Shown: piece by piece, positions 17,799 through 26,963 of the stretch
Position numbering within the stretch: position 1 is the stretch's first letter
Layout: each line of letters begins with the position of its first letter
Source of the DNA: an uncultured virus (IMG/VR IMGVR_UViG_3300035698_005365)
Taxonomy: Duplodnaviria; Heunggongvirae; Uroviricota; Caudoviricetes
Strand: one strand, 5' to 3'
DNA: 64,000 nt
Virus record (IMG/VR): IMGVR_UViG_3300035698_005365
The notes under the pieces: model-generated
The model's database searches: none
The model's input: only the letters and a program-made list of their open reading frames with translations
What the model was told of the DNA's origin: nothing
Translations under genes and position numbers: made by a program

Positions 17799-18176
17799 AT
17801 GAAAAAAATAAATAAAGATGAAGTGCGGTTTGTATATGGAACATTAAAGAGTGGCTTTGGTCTTCACAGTGGGTGTGGTCTTGACAATGAAAAGATTGCA
17901 ACATTAGAGGGCGTTGCTACTATAAAGGGCTACGATATGTGGTCTATGGGTTACCCTGTAGTTAAGAGGGGTACTGGTACCATCTTCATAGAGGCATATC
18001 ATATTAAGAGCCAAGAGATACGAGATAGAATTGATCGCATTGAGTCTGGTGCTGGGTACTGCACAGAAGAGATAACAGTAACCCTTGAGAATAAGAAAAC
18101 AATTACAGGAAGTATTTACATCTACAAAGGAGACACTGGTCGGTTAGAGCAAATTAAGAGTGGTGTATACAAATAA
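17799..18176 (+). CDS. Gamma-glutamylcyclotransferase (GGCT/AIG2-like)
   Basis: FVYGTLKSG, GYP, IDRIE (catalytic Glu), IYIY, IKSG. Confidence 0.88.
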   Translation: MKKINKDEVRFVYGTLKSGFGLHSGCGLDNEKIATLEGVATIKGYDMWSMGYPVVKRGTGTIFIEAYHIKSQEIRDRIDRIESGAGYCTEEITVTLENKKTITGSIYIYKGDTGRLEQIKSGVYK

Positions 18177-18189
18177 GAGATGATTAATT

Positions 18190-18834
18190 ATGGGCGACTT
18201 TAAATTATATACACATAGTACATTCTTAAACATGTGTCTACAAAAAACATTTACCCCAGCGAAGGGCTGGTATGCCTTCCTTAAGGTGCACTCAAGTAGG
18301 GACTTAAGAACCACTGCACATTTTAATGTGCACAAAACAGCAGTTCAGTTACATGTAAATAATAAATATAAAAGAGAACCTCCAACATATACGATTGGAT
18401 CGAATGGTGAACTTCAATCAAGTGACCCACCACCAGTAGAAAAGAAAAAGAAAGATGATGTAATTGTATATTATGAGAGTCCATGGGGAACGAGGGAATT
18501 TAATAAAAAGAATATAGAATTTATTAGAGGAAATAAAAACCTAATTATTATACGTGTACGAACTGAATCAAAACTATATGATTTTATTTTACAAAGAAGA
18601 AAACAATATTTAACGTGGAGCCAGATGCAATTTTATTTCTGGCGTAAACGATTAAAAAACAATAAACCAAAAGGTACCAAAATATTAAACACTCCACTAG
18701 TTAAGCCAGAGACCTTCGGTCTACCTAATGTAGAAGAAATATTAAGGAGACATGAGGATATTCAAGCTCCACCTAGAAGCACATTTACTATTTCAAACAA
18801 TTCAAATGAAGTTAGATTTTCAAGGAGGGATTAA
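18190..18834 (+). CDS. Hypothetical protein
   Basis: 214-aa ORF. Confidence 0.6.
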   Translation: MGDFKLYTHSTFLNMCLQKTFTPAKGWYAFLKVHSSRDLRTTAHFNVHKTAVQLHVNNKYKREPPTYTIGSNGELQSSDPPPVEKKKKDDVIVYYESPWGTREFNKKNIEFIRGNKNLIIIRVRTESKLYDFILQRRKQYLTWSQMQFYFWRKRLKNNKPKGTKILNTPLVKPETFGLPNVEEILRRHEDIQAPPRSTFTISNNSNEVRFSRRD

Positions 18835-19395
18835 ATGGCAACCAGAGTATATTTAACAGTTACAGGAAGAACCTTAGCTAAGACTAAATGTAAAGTTAAG
18901 ATTCATGTGGAATCTAGATTTATAATCACATATATCTCAGCTACCAATAATTATTCATTAGACATTATGCGTCCTGGAGATGAGAAGTCAACCATCTATC
19001 TTATATCAAAGACAGAAGGAGAAAGAGTATTTATGTTCTTCTTACGTAATGAGCGGGCTGTAATAGCAGATGGAACATGTTATACTTTACAGAAAATGAA
19101 GTATCTATGGTATTGTAGCCATGCCTATAAACCAGATGCCACCGACTTTAGTGTTCTATCTCAAGCAGATTCAGAGGATTTATTAAGTGGCGACATCCCA
19201 ACCGCAGATGAAGTATTAGATGGGCTCGATGGAATTGAAACCATAATAGAAGATGCGACTGGACAAGTTGGCCTCCCTAAATTTAATCAACCAATTTTGC
19301 CACCACCTAAGCCAAAAATTATTCATGATGTATCAATTGATTTTTTTAAGTTGAGTGATTTAAAAAAGAAGGGTGAGCAACTTGACAAAATTTGA
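18835..19395 (+). CDS. Hypothetical protein
   Basis: 186 aa, GGAGG RBS. Confidence 0.6.
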   Translation: MATRVYLTVTGRTLAKTKCKVKIHVESRFIITYISATNNYSLDIMRPGDEKSTIYLISKTEGERVFMFFLRNERAVIADGTCYTLQKMKYLWYCSHAYKPDATDFSVLSQADSEDLLSGDIPTADEVLDGLDGIETIIEDATGQVGLPKFNQPILPPPKPKIIHDVSIDFFKLSDLKKKGEQLDKI

Positions 19396-19858
19396 TGCAA
19401 GAGAAGTATACAACAACAATTTAAATGCGGCCATGGATAAAGCCCACTTGTTTTTATGTTTCAAGTATCACTTAGTTCCAGAGCGAGGGCCCAACTCATT
19501 TATAGTTAGTCATCATGATAAATCTGAATATCAGTTTGCACACAATTGTAGATTTTCTGCAAAACAAAAACCATTCAAGAAAATATTAAAGGTCACCACA
19601 TTGTTGGCCAACCAACTAATACTTATACTAAATACAAATTATTATTTATCAAAAATAAATACCAATAAGTATTTAGAGGCCTGGGGTAAAGATGTAAATC
19701 AAATGGTGTTTTTATATCGCTTATCATATTTAAAGTATTACACTCGGTCAGGTGATAGATACAATAGTGTCTATTCATTACTAAATTTTTTATTTAATAA
19801 ACAAGAAGAAGTATACACCAACCTAATTGAAGTAGAAACAGGTGAACATAAAAAATGA
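19373..19858 (+). CDS. Hypothetical protein (start uncertain, GTG 19373 or TTG 19382)
   Basis: 161-aa ORF filling the gap in the operon. Confidence 0.55.
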   Translation: MSNLTKFDAREVYNNNLNAAMDKAHLFLCFKYHLVPERGPNSFIVSHHDKSEYQFAHNCRFSAKQKPFKKILKVTTLLANQLILILNTNYYLSKINTNKYLEAWGKDVNQMVFLYRLSYLKYYTRSGDRYNSVYSLLNFLFNKQEEVYTNLIEVETGEHKK

Positions 19859-20943
19859 AAGATATAAAGGAGTTTGTTAAGACCCTACCGGGCACTAGTA
19901 TGCCACCACATCAGAAGATTGGAGCGGACCCAGAGTTCTTCCTTGAAATTGATGGCAAGGTTGTAGAGACAGCCAAGGTCTTACCAGATCAAGCGGGCGA
20001 TAGTCACAATAGAAATGAAGCAGTCAATGATGGATTTCAAGGCGAGTTCCATGTACAGGCAGAACAATGTAGAGAAACCCTAATTAATAATTTAGGTAAA
20101 GCATATAAAGACTTATATAAGTTTCTTGATACGAAAAAGATTGGGAACTATAGAGTATTAAGCTCAAGTGTAGTTTCTTTATCAAGCGATGACTTGACTA
20201 ATCTATCTAAGGCAAGTATGCAATTCCATTGTGCATCAACTAAGAGTGCCTATGGTGAAGAGATGAAAACAATAGATGCAAGTAAGCATCCCAAACGATA
20301 TGCAGGTGGGCACATGCACTTTAGTTTACAGGGAATCCCCACCCCATACAAAAGACCAAAGCAAATTATTAAATTGATGGATGCGTTCATTGGACTAGCA
20401 ACAGTAATATCATCTAACAATCCTAGAGCTGAAGCAGAACGAAGAAAGATGTATGGGCGTGCTGGTGAATTTAGATACAAAGAGAAGAGTGATGTATTAG
20501 AGTATCGGGTCCCAAGTAACTATTGGATAATGTCTCCAACATTAATGTCGGCACTATTTCATTATGGACGTCTTGCGCTTAACATTGCACACATTGGGTT
20601 TAGTTCACCACTATTAAAGCTACTGCCACAAGATCAAATCCAAAATGCAATTAATAATTGTGATTATGAATTAGCAGAAAAGCTTTGGTGTAGGTTTATT
20701 GTACCAATTATAAAACATTATGAGAATGTATTTGATATTAATTTTGGTGGATATGCCCAATATGCGACCCCAGAAGAGGCATTCCATTTTAATCCAAAAA
20801 CATATCAAACCACTGGCCCATACAATACAGGTATCTGGACATATAATTTACATAATGATCTTGGAATGATTGTTAGAATGAGCAAGTGTGGATACAAGGT
20901 TGCCACAAGCATGCTAGAGGGATATGGACTTTTCCATAAATAA
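19855..20943 (+). CDS. phiEco32-like COOH-NH2 ligase (glutamine-synthetase-fold amidoligase), copy 1
   Basis: IGADPEFFL, DGFQGEF, AGGHMHF, RRKMYGRAGEFR, LEYRVPSNYW. Confidence 0.88.
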   Translation: MKDIKEFVKTLPGTSMPPHQKIGADPEFFLEIDGKVVETAKVLPDQAGDSHNRNEAVNDGFQGEFHVQAEQCRETLINNLGKAYKDLYKFLDTKKIGNYRVLSSSVVSLSSDDLTNLSKASMQFHCASTKSAYGEEMKTIDASKHPKRYAGGHMHFSLQGIPTPYKRPKQIIKLMDAFIGLATVISSNNPRAEAERRKMYGRAGEFRYKEKSDVLEYRVPSNYWIMSPTLMSALFHYGRLALNIAHIGFSSPLLKLLPQDQIQNAINNCDYELAEKLWCRFIVPIIKHYENVFDINFGGYAQYATPEEAFHFNPKTYQTTGPYNTGIWTYNLHNDLGMIVRMSKCGYKVATSMLEGYGLFHK

Positions 20944-20951
20944 TATTTAAA

Positions 20952-21335
20952 ATGGTAACAATATTAAATGCGGCACAGATCGGACAGCCAGTTACATTAG
21001 TGTCACTGTCTGGACTCGAGAAACATAATGGTGGAATGAGCAGGATTAAAGAGACTCACACTATTGATAACTTTTTTATTTATATAGTAGTAAATGCACA
21101 ATTAGATGTAAGCAAAACACCAGAGATAGTTATGTATGATATTATCCCTTTGGCCTCTATACAACAGTATAAGTATACGAGATCTAGTGGCAGGTTTCCA
21201 CAGCATTTACAAATTAAAGTATCATCAGATAATATTAAATTATTGAAGGCTGAAGATATTTTAAAAGAGAACGCCAAACAACTTTCTAATGCAAAGAAAA
21301 TTGCAAAGGCAGTTGAGAAAGAATTATTATTGTAG
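20952..21335 (+). CDS. Hypothetical protein
   Basis: 127-aa ORF. Confidence 0.6.
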   Translation: MVTILNAAQIGQPVTLVSLSGLEKHNGGMSRIKETHTIDNFFIYIVVNAQLDVSKTPEIVMYDIIPLASIQQYKYTRSSGRFPQHLQIKVSSDNIKLLKAEDILKENAKQLSNAKKIAKAVEKELLL

Positions 21336-21462
21336 AGCGAAGTTGAAATTCATTGCACCTCGTATTAAAGGAGCAATGATAATAAGACAATGTGGGGTGT
21401 TAGATTATCATATAATCTAATATTCATACATTATTATTTGAAGATGGAGGAAGGTACTTCGT

Positions 21463-22005
21463 ATGAGAGAGAATACACAAGAAGAAATTTTGGTGACTTG
21501 CGACAATATATTTAACATTCTTATGGGACGTTTTGTTTCATGCCTTCGCAGGTCGCCTTTTATATTCGTTCCATCAAGGGAAATTGGGAATATGATTAAA
21601 CGGCAATTGCCGAACTATACCAGAATAAATGATGGTGAGTTTATGAAACTAGGATATGCAAATTTAATTACAATTATTGATGCAGATTCTATTACATGCA
21701 ATGAAGAAATATTTGTACAATTAAATAAAGGTACAAAATTAATATCAGAAGGGTATGCTTTAAATTTAACTGGAGTATTTGAAAAAACTATGAAAGAGTA
21801 TATAAAATACTTTCTAGGTATTCATCCAAATATAAAGTTAGGCTTAAAGAAAGTATTCTTTAGATACTTAAACAAAGAAGTCTTATGCTGGGTATTCTAT
21901 TTACCACGTCGGTATCAAGATAGCACTGGCATAGACTTTTATAAAATTATGGACAATAGAAAAGATATTGATGAGGCACAAAAAGAATGGCAAAAGATAA
22001 AGTAA
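21463..22005 (+). CDS. Hypothetical protein
   Basis: 180 aa, GGAGG upstream. Confidence 0.6.
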   Translation: MRENTQEEILVTCDNIFNILMGRFVSCLRRSPFIFVPSREIGNMIKRQLPNYTRINDGEFMKLGYANLITIIDADSITCNEEIFVQLNKGTKLISEGYALNLTGVFEKTMKEYIKYFLGIHPNIKLGLKKVFFRYLNKEVLCWVFYLPRRYQDSTGIDFYKIMDNRKDIDEAQKEWQKIK

Positions 22006-23177
22006 AAATAACAATAGGTGCAGATCCTGAATTTACATTTTGTACTGGACTCGGTGACAAAGTTTTAGCAAACAAATTTTTGCCACAGGAGAATGCACAC
22101 AATACAGGCGGTGAACAGAATCCAAAAGTTGGATGCGATGGTCACTCTGAGACTGGTGAATTTAGACCAAGCCCACAGGCGTGCCCATTAAGTTTAGTTA
22201 AAGAACTTGAAGATAATATTAAGACGGCTGCTAGAATGTGCACCCCAGAATATAGAATTCAAGGCGGGTACTGTCCTAACAACGAATACACTGGGGGACA
22301 TATACATTTTAATTTAAAGTCTACTCATAACTTAACAAGGTGTCTTGATTTGTTTGTAGCAGTGCCACTACTAATGATATCTAATCCTAAAAGTATGAGT
22401 GACAGAATTAAGATGTCCCCAAGGATGCGAGGTTCAAATGGCAACATGTATGGAAGACTATCTGATGTTAGGAAGCCAGCACATGGCGGCTTCGAATATA
22501 GAACATTGGGCTCATGGCTCTGCAGTAAACCAATAACAGCGGCGGCCCTTGCACTCTCATATGTAATAGCAGATGCGGTCACCAACTATAATTATAAATT
22601 AGATGCAAAAATATATGAGAGATATATGGACTTTGAAAAGTATGTATCATGCGACAAGACATATTATAAAGACATTGCCCTCTCTACCTTTGCAGTAATT
22701 AAGGACTTCCCACTATATAAAAAATATGAAAAGACCATACTTCCATTATATCAAATGATATGTAAGAATCAAGTATGGAATGAAAAGAGAGATATCTTTT
22801 TAGAGTGGGGCACCCGTCCAGTAAAAGATTATAAGAATAAAATTATATCATCAAAGGATAAGTTTCTTAAACCAATCACCAACCATAAATATAAGACTGG
22901 TTCAGCAGGAATTAACTTATATGTATATGGTATTAACGATGGGCACAGTACAGATATATTAATTACAACATCTACATTATTAAAATTGTTTAACAAAACA
23001 ATTAGGGATGTGACCATTAGTAATAGGAGCCCCATAGTTAATGTTTCACAGATTGGTGAAAAAGTAAAAGAGTATAGATATGGAATTGGATTCTCTTTAG
23101 AAATGAGAAAGAAGCATCCAGACTTATGTGCAGAGATTGTACAAGATATATTAAGATACAACCCGAGTGTATTTTAA
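21987..23177 (+). CDS. phiEco32-like COOH-NH2 ligase (amidoligase), copy 2
   Basis: IGADPEF, GCDG...GEFRP, GGHIHF, YGRLSDVR..HGGFEYRTLGSW. Confidence 0.88.
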   Translation: MAKDKVKITIGADPEFTFCTGLGDKVLANKFLPQENAHNTGGEQNPKVGCDGHSETGEFRPSPQACPLSLVKELEDNIKTAARMCTPEYRIQGGYCPNNEYTGGHIHFNLKSTHNLTRCLDLFVAVPLLMISNPKSMSDRIKMSPRMRGSNGNMYGRLSDVRKPAHGGFEYRTLGSWLCSKPITAAALALSYVIADAVTNYNYKLDAKIYERYMDFEKYVSCDKTYYKDIALSTFAVIKDFPLYKKYEKTILPLYQMICKNQVWNEKRDIFLEWGTRPVKDYKNKIISSKDKFLKPITNHKYKTGSAGINLYVYGINDGHSTDILITTSTLLKLFNKTIRDVTISNRSPIVNVSQIGEKVKEYRYGIGFSLEMRKKHPDLCAEIVQDILRYNPSVF

Positions 23178-23191
23178 GGAGGATAAAGACA

Positions 23192-24727
23192 ATGTGTAAA
23201 CTTTTTGGAGTTATTAAATTATCAGGATTTAATAAGAAGAACAATAAATACCTAAAGGAATTATTAACCAAGCTGGCCGTCGAGGCTAAGGATGTTAATA
23301 ATAAAGATGCCACTGGTATTATGACCATTATAAACGATGGACTAACATTTGCTAAAGATGGTGTCGAGTCACCAGTGTTTGTTAAGTCTACTAAATGGAA
23401 AAAGTTCCTTACGGTCGTCGATAAGGGCGTCTTCTTTTCTGGGCATACTAGAATAAGTACCCACGGAAATGCAAACAATAATAAGAACAATCATCCAGTT
23501 GTAGATAAAGCGACTGGCATCGGTGTAACACATAATGGTATAATTGGAAATCATATTGATGTTGCTAAAGCAGAAAAGATTAAATTGGTTGCTGATGTTG
23601 ATAGTGAAATATTATTACAATTATGGAAGAAGTATCGAACCATTGAAGATACAGTTGCTAAGCCAAGTGGCTCATATACATTTGCTGTATTAGATTCATC
23701 GAAGCCAAATGAATTGAACATGTTTAATTATGGACGTTCATTAACATTGGCATACCTACCAGAGGTGCGGTTATTAATATATGCAACTAATGCAGGCATT
23801 ATAGAAAGAACTATGACTGAGACTTTGATTGGTTTATTTAAAGTTAGTAAGGAGAAGTTTTATATTAAAGATATAGCCCGCTCCCATCATGTGCATATTG
23901 ATGTAACTTTACCAGATGACCAAGTTGTTACAATAAAGTATATTGATGTTCCTAATTGGAAGAATCCTTATGCAAAAGGTAGAGTGACCACTTATGAACG
24001 TAATATTCCAACTCACTACAATAATAGTACCCCAACTTATGACAATCATCGTGGCGGTGCCTCTGGTAGAGGAGAGACTATGGGGGACCAGAAGGCAGTC
24101 CAAGCTTTATTCGATGGATCCAGCGAGGCACAATGTGAATACACTGCATTGGCAGAGTATCCTAGGTTTAGTAAGATTAGGACACTTAATGATAGATTTA
24201 CAGGAGTATATATAAAAAATGTAACTATTCCAAGCAATGGAACTGTAAATTTTACATGTGATTATTGGTTTTATAATAATACACTCAAATCAAAATGTAA
24301 AGAGTGGAAGGACTTGATAGGAGAGCCAACATATGGTTTTGATAATACAAAACAGAAGGGGGCTAGCTCTTATGTGTCTGTAAGAATTGCACCGAAGATA
24401 ACCCGTAAAAAAGATGGTCACAATAGGTTAGCTAAGTTACTAATGGAACTTGACGGTAAACATTATAACCATCATAGTGGAGAGGAGGTACAACTTAGAG
24501 CACCGAAGCCACTCTCACCATGTGATCAATATTATCAAACAAAAGAGTTAGATCAACTTAACATTCAGCTTGATAACTTAGTAGCTCTACAAACGCATTG
24601 TGCACAGCCACATAGGTATGAACAAGAGATTGCAGAATTAAACAGTAAGATTTATTTATTAGGAATGAATCACCAAGATGAGATAGATACAACAAAAAAA
24701 GATTTAATCGAACGCGGATTATATTAA
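23192..24727 (+). CDS. Class II (Ntn) glutamine amidotransferase with long C-terminal extension
   Basis: Start moved to MCKLFG (Cys2 nucleophile) behind GGAGG; DATG, GHTRISTHG, NNHP, HNGII, VDSE. Confidence 0.88.
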   Translation: MCKLFGVIKLSGFNKKNNKYLKELLTKLAVEAKDVNNKDATGIMTIINDGLTFAKDGVESPVFVKSTKWKKFLTVVDKGVFFSGHTRISTHGNANNNKNNHPVVDKATGIGVTHNGIIGNHIDVAKAEKIKLVADVDSEILLQLWKKYRTIEDTVAKPSGSYTFAVLDSSKPNELNMFNYGRSLTLAYLPEVRLLIYATNAGIIERTMTETLIGLFKVSKEKFYIKDIARSHHVHIDVTLPDDQVVTIKYIDVPNWKNPYAKGRVTTYERNIPTHYNNSTPTYDNHRGGASGRGETMGDQKAVQALFDGSSEAQCEYTALAEYPRFSKIRTLNDRFTGVYIKNVTIPSNGTVNFTCDYWFYNNTLKSKCKEWKDLIGEPTYGFDNTKQKGASSYVSVRIAPKITRKKDGHNRLAKLLMELDGKHYNHHSGEEVQLRAPKPLSPCDQYYQTKELDQLNIQLDNLVALQTHCAQPHRYEQEIAELNSKIYLLGMNHQDEIDTTKKDLIERGLY

Positions 24728-24743
24728 TGGAGGAAAACAAAAA

Positions 24744-25763
24744 ATGAATTATATATTTTATAAACGAGGAAGGACTGCCCAGACTGGGAGACTATTGACA
24801 AGAGAGTTATCTATTAGATCAAACAGAAGCTTAGAGCGTGGACTCCAACAACCATCTAATGTAAGAAGGTTAATTAGATGGGGAGAATCAAACTCTGAAT
24901 ATGAACAACAATTAAATAATACTACTCATGTTTTAAATGGGGCACCAGCTATTAGTTTAGCAGCTAATAAATTAAGGGCACTAGAGGCCCTCCAGTCGGC
25001 GGACATTAGAATACCATTCTTTACAACAGATAAAGAAATAGCTATAGATCATATGGCTGACAATGAAGTAGAAATGATTGGACGTACTTCATCCCACCAA
25101 GGCGGTAGTGGATTTACATTATGTAGAAATGCTTATAACATTGGTAGAGATAATACCTCATCTCATTGGATGGAGAAGATTGATATTCAAGAAGAGTACA
25201 GAGTCCATGTCTTTAGAGGAGAAGTTATAGGAATATCTAAAAAGACTGATCAAGATGTTGAAGATAGAATTACTAATAGAGATGCTCGTAACCATGAGAA
25301 TGGATGGAGATTTGTTTTATTAGATATTGAGCAAGCACAACCTAGACTAAAGCAAATTGCAATAGATGCAGTTGCCGCACTGGGCCTAGACTTTGGAGCA
25401 GTAGACATTGTACTATCAACACGACCAAGAAGGTACTATGTATTAGAAGTTAATACGGCGGCCTGTCTAGAAGAAGGTTCTACAATATTAGCCAACTACA
25501 TTACTAAGTTTAGAGAGTGGTTGGAATCGCCAACCTCTCGTGAGGCTGTCGATGTTATTGCTAATACTGATGTAGAAGAAGTTCAAGAGGAGATTATGGA
25601 AGATGTGCGACCAGAACCAGATCGCACATCTATGAGTTTTAATCTACGGGTTAGTACTGAACACGGTAGTGATCTTACTAGACAACAGATTGAAGAAATG
25701 TTAAACTCAATATTAGAAGATGAGTTAATGGCGACTGGAGTTACACTTGAAAGTTGTGAATAA
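24744..25763 (+). CDS. ATP-grasp peptide ligase (RimK/YheCD/phiEco32-like) with acidic C-terminal domain
   Basis: IRWG, AANKL, HQGGSG, EYRVHVF, LGLDFGAVDI, VLEVNTA. Confidence 0.88.
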   Translation: MNYIFYKRGRTAQTGRLLTRELSIRSNRSLERGLQQPSNVRRLIRWGESNSEYEQQLNNTTHVLNGAPAISLAANKLRALEALQSADIRIPFFTTDKEIAIDHMADNEVEMIGRTSSHQGGSGFTLCRNAYNIGRDNTSSHWMEKIDIQEEYRVHVFRGEVIGISKKTDQDVEDRITNRDARNHENGWRFVLLDIEQAQPRLKQIAIDAVAALGLDFGAVDIVLSTRPRRYYVLEVNTAACLEEGSTILANYITKFREWLESPTSREAVDVIANTDVEEVQEEIMEDVRPEPDRTSMSFNLRVSTEHGSDLTRQQIEEMLNSILEDELMATGVTLESCE

Positions 25764-25765
25764 AG

Positions 25766-25969
25766 ATGATAGAAAGAAGCATGCGATTTTTAAAGGGGTC
25801 ACCAGTACACGACCTTAATATTCAAATTCAAAATACGATAAGAGAAATCGATGCAGTTGGCTCTTCTAAAAAACTAGAAGATAAGTTAGAGAAATTAATG
25901 CACCATAAGGAGGCAATGATAGATGACTACAAAAGAAATAGAACAAGTAAAACGAATCAAGAAGATTGA
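25766..25969 (+). CDS. Hypothetical protein
   Basis: 67-aa ORF. Confidence 0.5.
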   Translation: MIERSMRFLKGSPVHDLNIQIQNTIREIDAVGSSKKLEDKLEKLMHHKEAMIDDYKRNRTSKTNQED

Positions 25970-26219
25970 TTATAAATATGCTAAACAGTGTGATAATTGC
26001 GACTCAATGAACACAGAGCTGATGCCAGTTGGTATACAGTATGTGGTTCCAGATACAGGGTCACAACCTTTCAGTGGAAAGGCTGTGAGTTACAAGGAAG
26101 CATGCTTCGAGGCTGACATAGTTTGTAAGGTCTGCAAGGAATGCCATGTTAGTGGGTTTGTTAAGGCCGGCGATGTTGATACTGTATTTACATACGAGGA
26201 GTTGATGGTTAATAAATGA
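25923..26219 (+). CDS. Zn-ribbon-like protein
   Basis: CDNC...CKEC; GGAGG RBS. Confidence 0.6.
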   Translation: MTTKEIEQVKRIKKIDYKYAKQCDNCDSMNTELMPVGIQYVVPDTGSQPFSGKAVSYKEACFEADIVCKVCKECHVSGFVKAGDVDTVFTYEELMVNK

Positions 26220-26383
26220 CTGGCTCATTAGATGAAATAGTTGAAGAACTATTAAAGATACATCATGCATTTATGCAGGCTCATTTAAAAACTGGAGAGG
26301 AGCATCCAGCATACTTTATATTACAGCGACTTTTCGATAAGTATAATATAAAGACAGAACAACAATATAGGTATAGGAAATGA
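26216..26383 (+). CDS. Small hypothetical protein (55 aa)
   Basis: MTGSLDEIVEELLK...; ATGA overlaps at both ends. Confidence 0.5.
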   Translation: MTGSLDEIVEELLKIHHAFMQAHLKTGEEHPAYFILQRLFDKYNIKTEQQYRYRK

Positions 26384-26559
26384 AAATACTTAAAGATGAA
26401 ATGACACCATCAGATGAATACTTATATCATGAAATGAATTCATTGGCCATGTGCCAAACAGATACAGCCCGAAAACGAGTACTGATGCGGGTGTTTAGTA
26501 ATGGTTGGGATGCAGGAGCATTCTTTGAAACAGATGACAACAAACAAAAGCCCGCATGA
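26380..26559 (+). CDS. Small hypothetical protein (59 aa)
   Basis: MKILKDEMTPSDE...; ATGA overlap. Confidence 0.5.
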   Translation: MKILKDEMTPSDEYLYHEMNSLAMCQTDTARKRVLMRVFSNGWDAGAFFETDDNKQKPA

Positions 26560-26875
26560 TCTCCAGTTAGAACGGATACTCAATCATCCTAATCTAATAG
26601 GACTTGAGCCTGGCTCCATTGAATGGATTGTAGCAGAGATGCGGATCATGAGAAACAAGAGGTTATTCTGTGAAATAGATATTGTTGCTAAAGCAGGTGG
26701 CTACTTTGTTGGTGAATACAAAAGATCCAATGCTCATTTTAAAAAAGCAATGTTACAATTAGAGCGTGCAAGTCAATCAATAGAAGAAATGTTTGGACAC
26801 ACGCCAACTAAAATATATATACTTGGTCCAAGATTAAAGACTGAATATATTTATGAAAAACATAAGAGGAGATAA
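26534..26875 (+). CDS. PD-(D/E)xK nuclease-fold protein
   Basis: EIDIV...VGEYK...AMLQL pattern; likely start MTTNKSPH. Confidence 0.6.
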   Translation: MTTNKSPHDLQLERILNHPNLIGLEPGSIEWIVAEMRIMRNKRLFCEIDIVAKAGGYFVGEYKRSNAHFKKAMLQLERASQSIEEMFGHTPTKIYILGPRLKTEYIYEKHKRR

Positions 26876-26963
26876 TCGAACACCTTATATATAATAAAAG
26901 ACATAACATACTTACAGACATCTTTTTTATGCTCCATTATTTTAATTTTTATTTGGAATAAAC

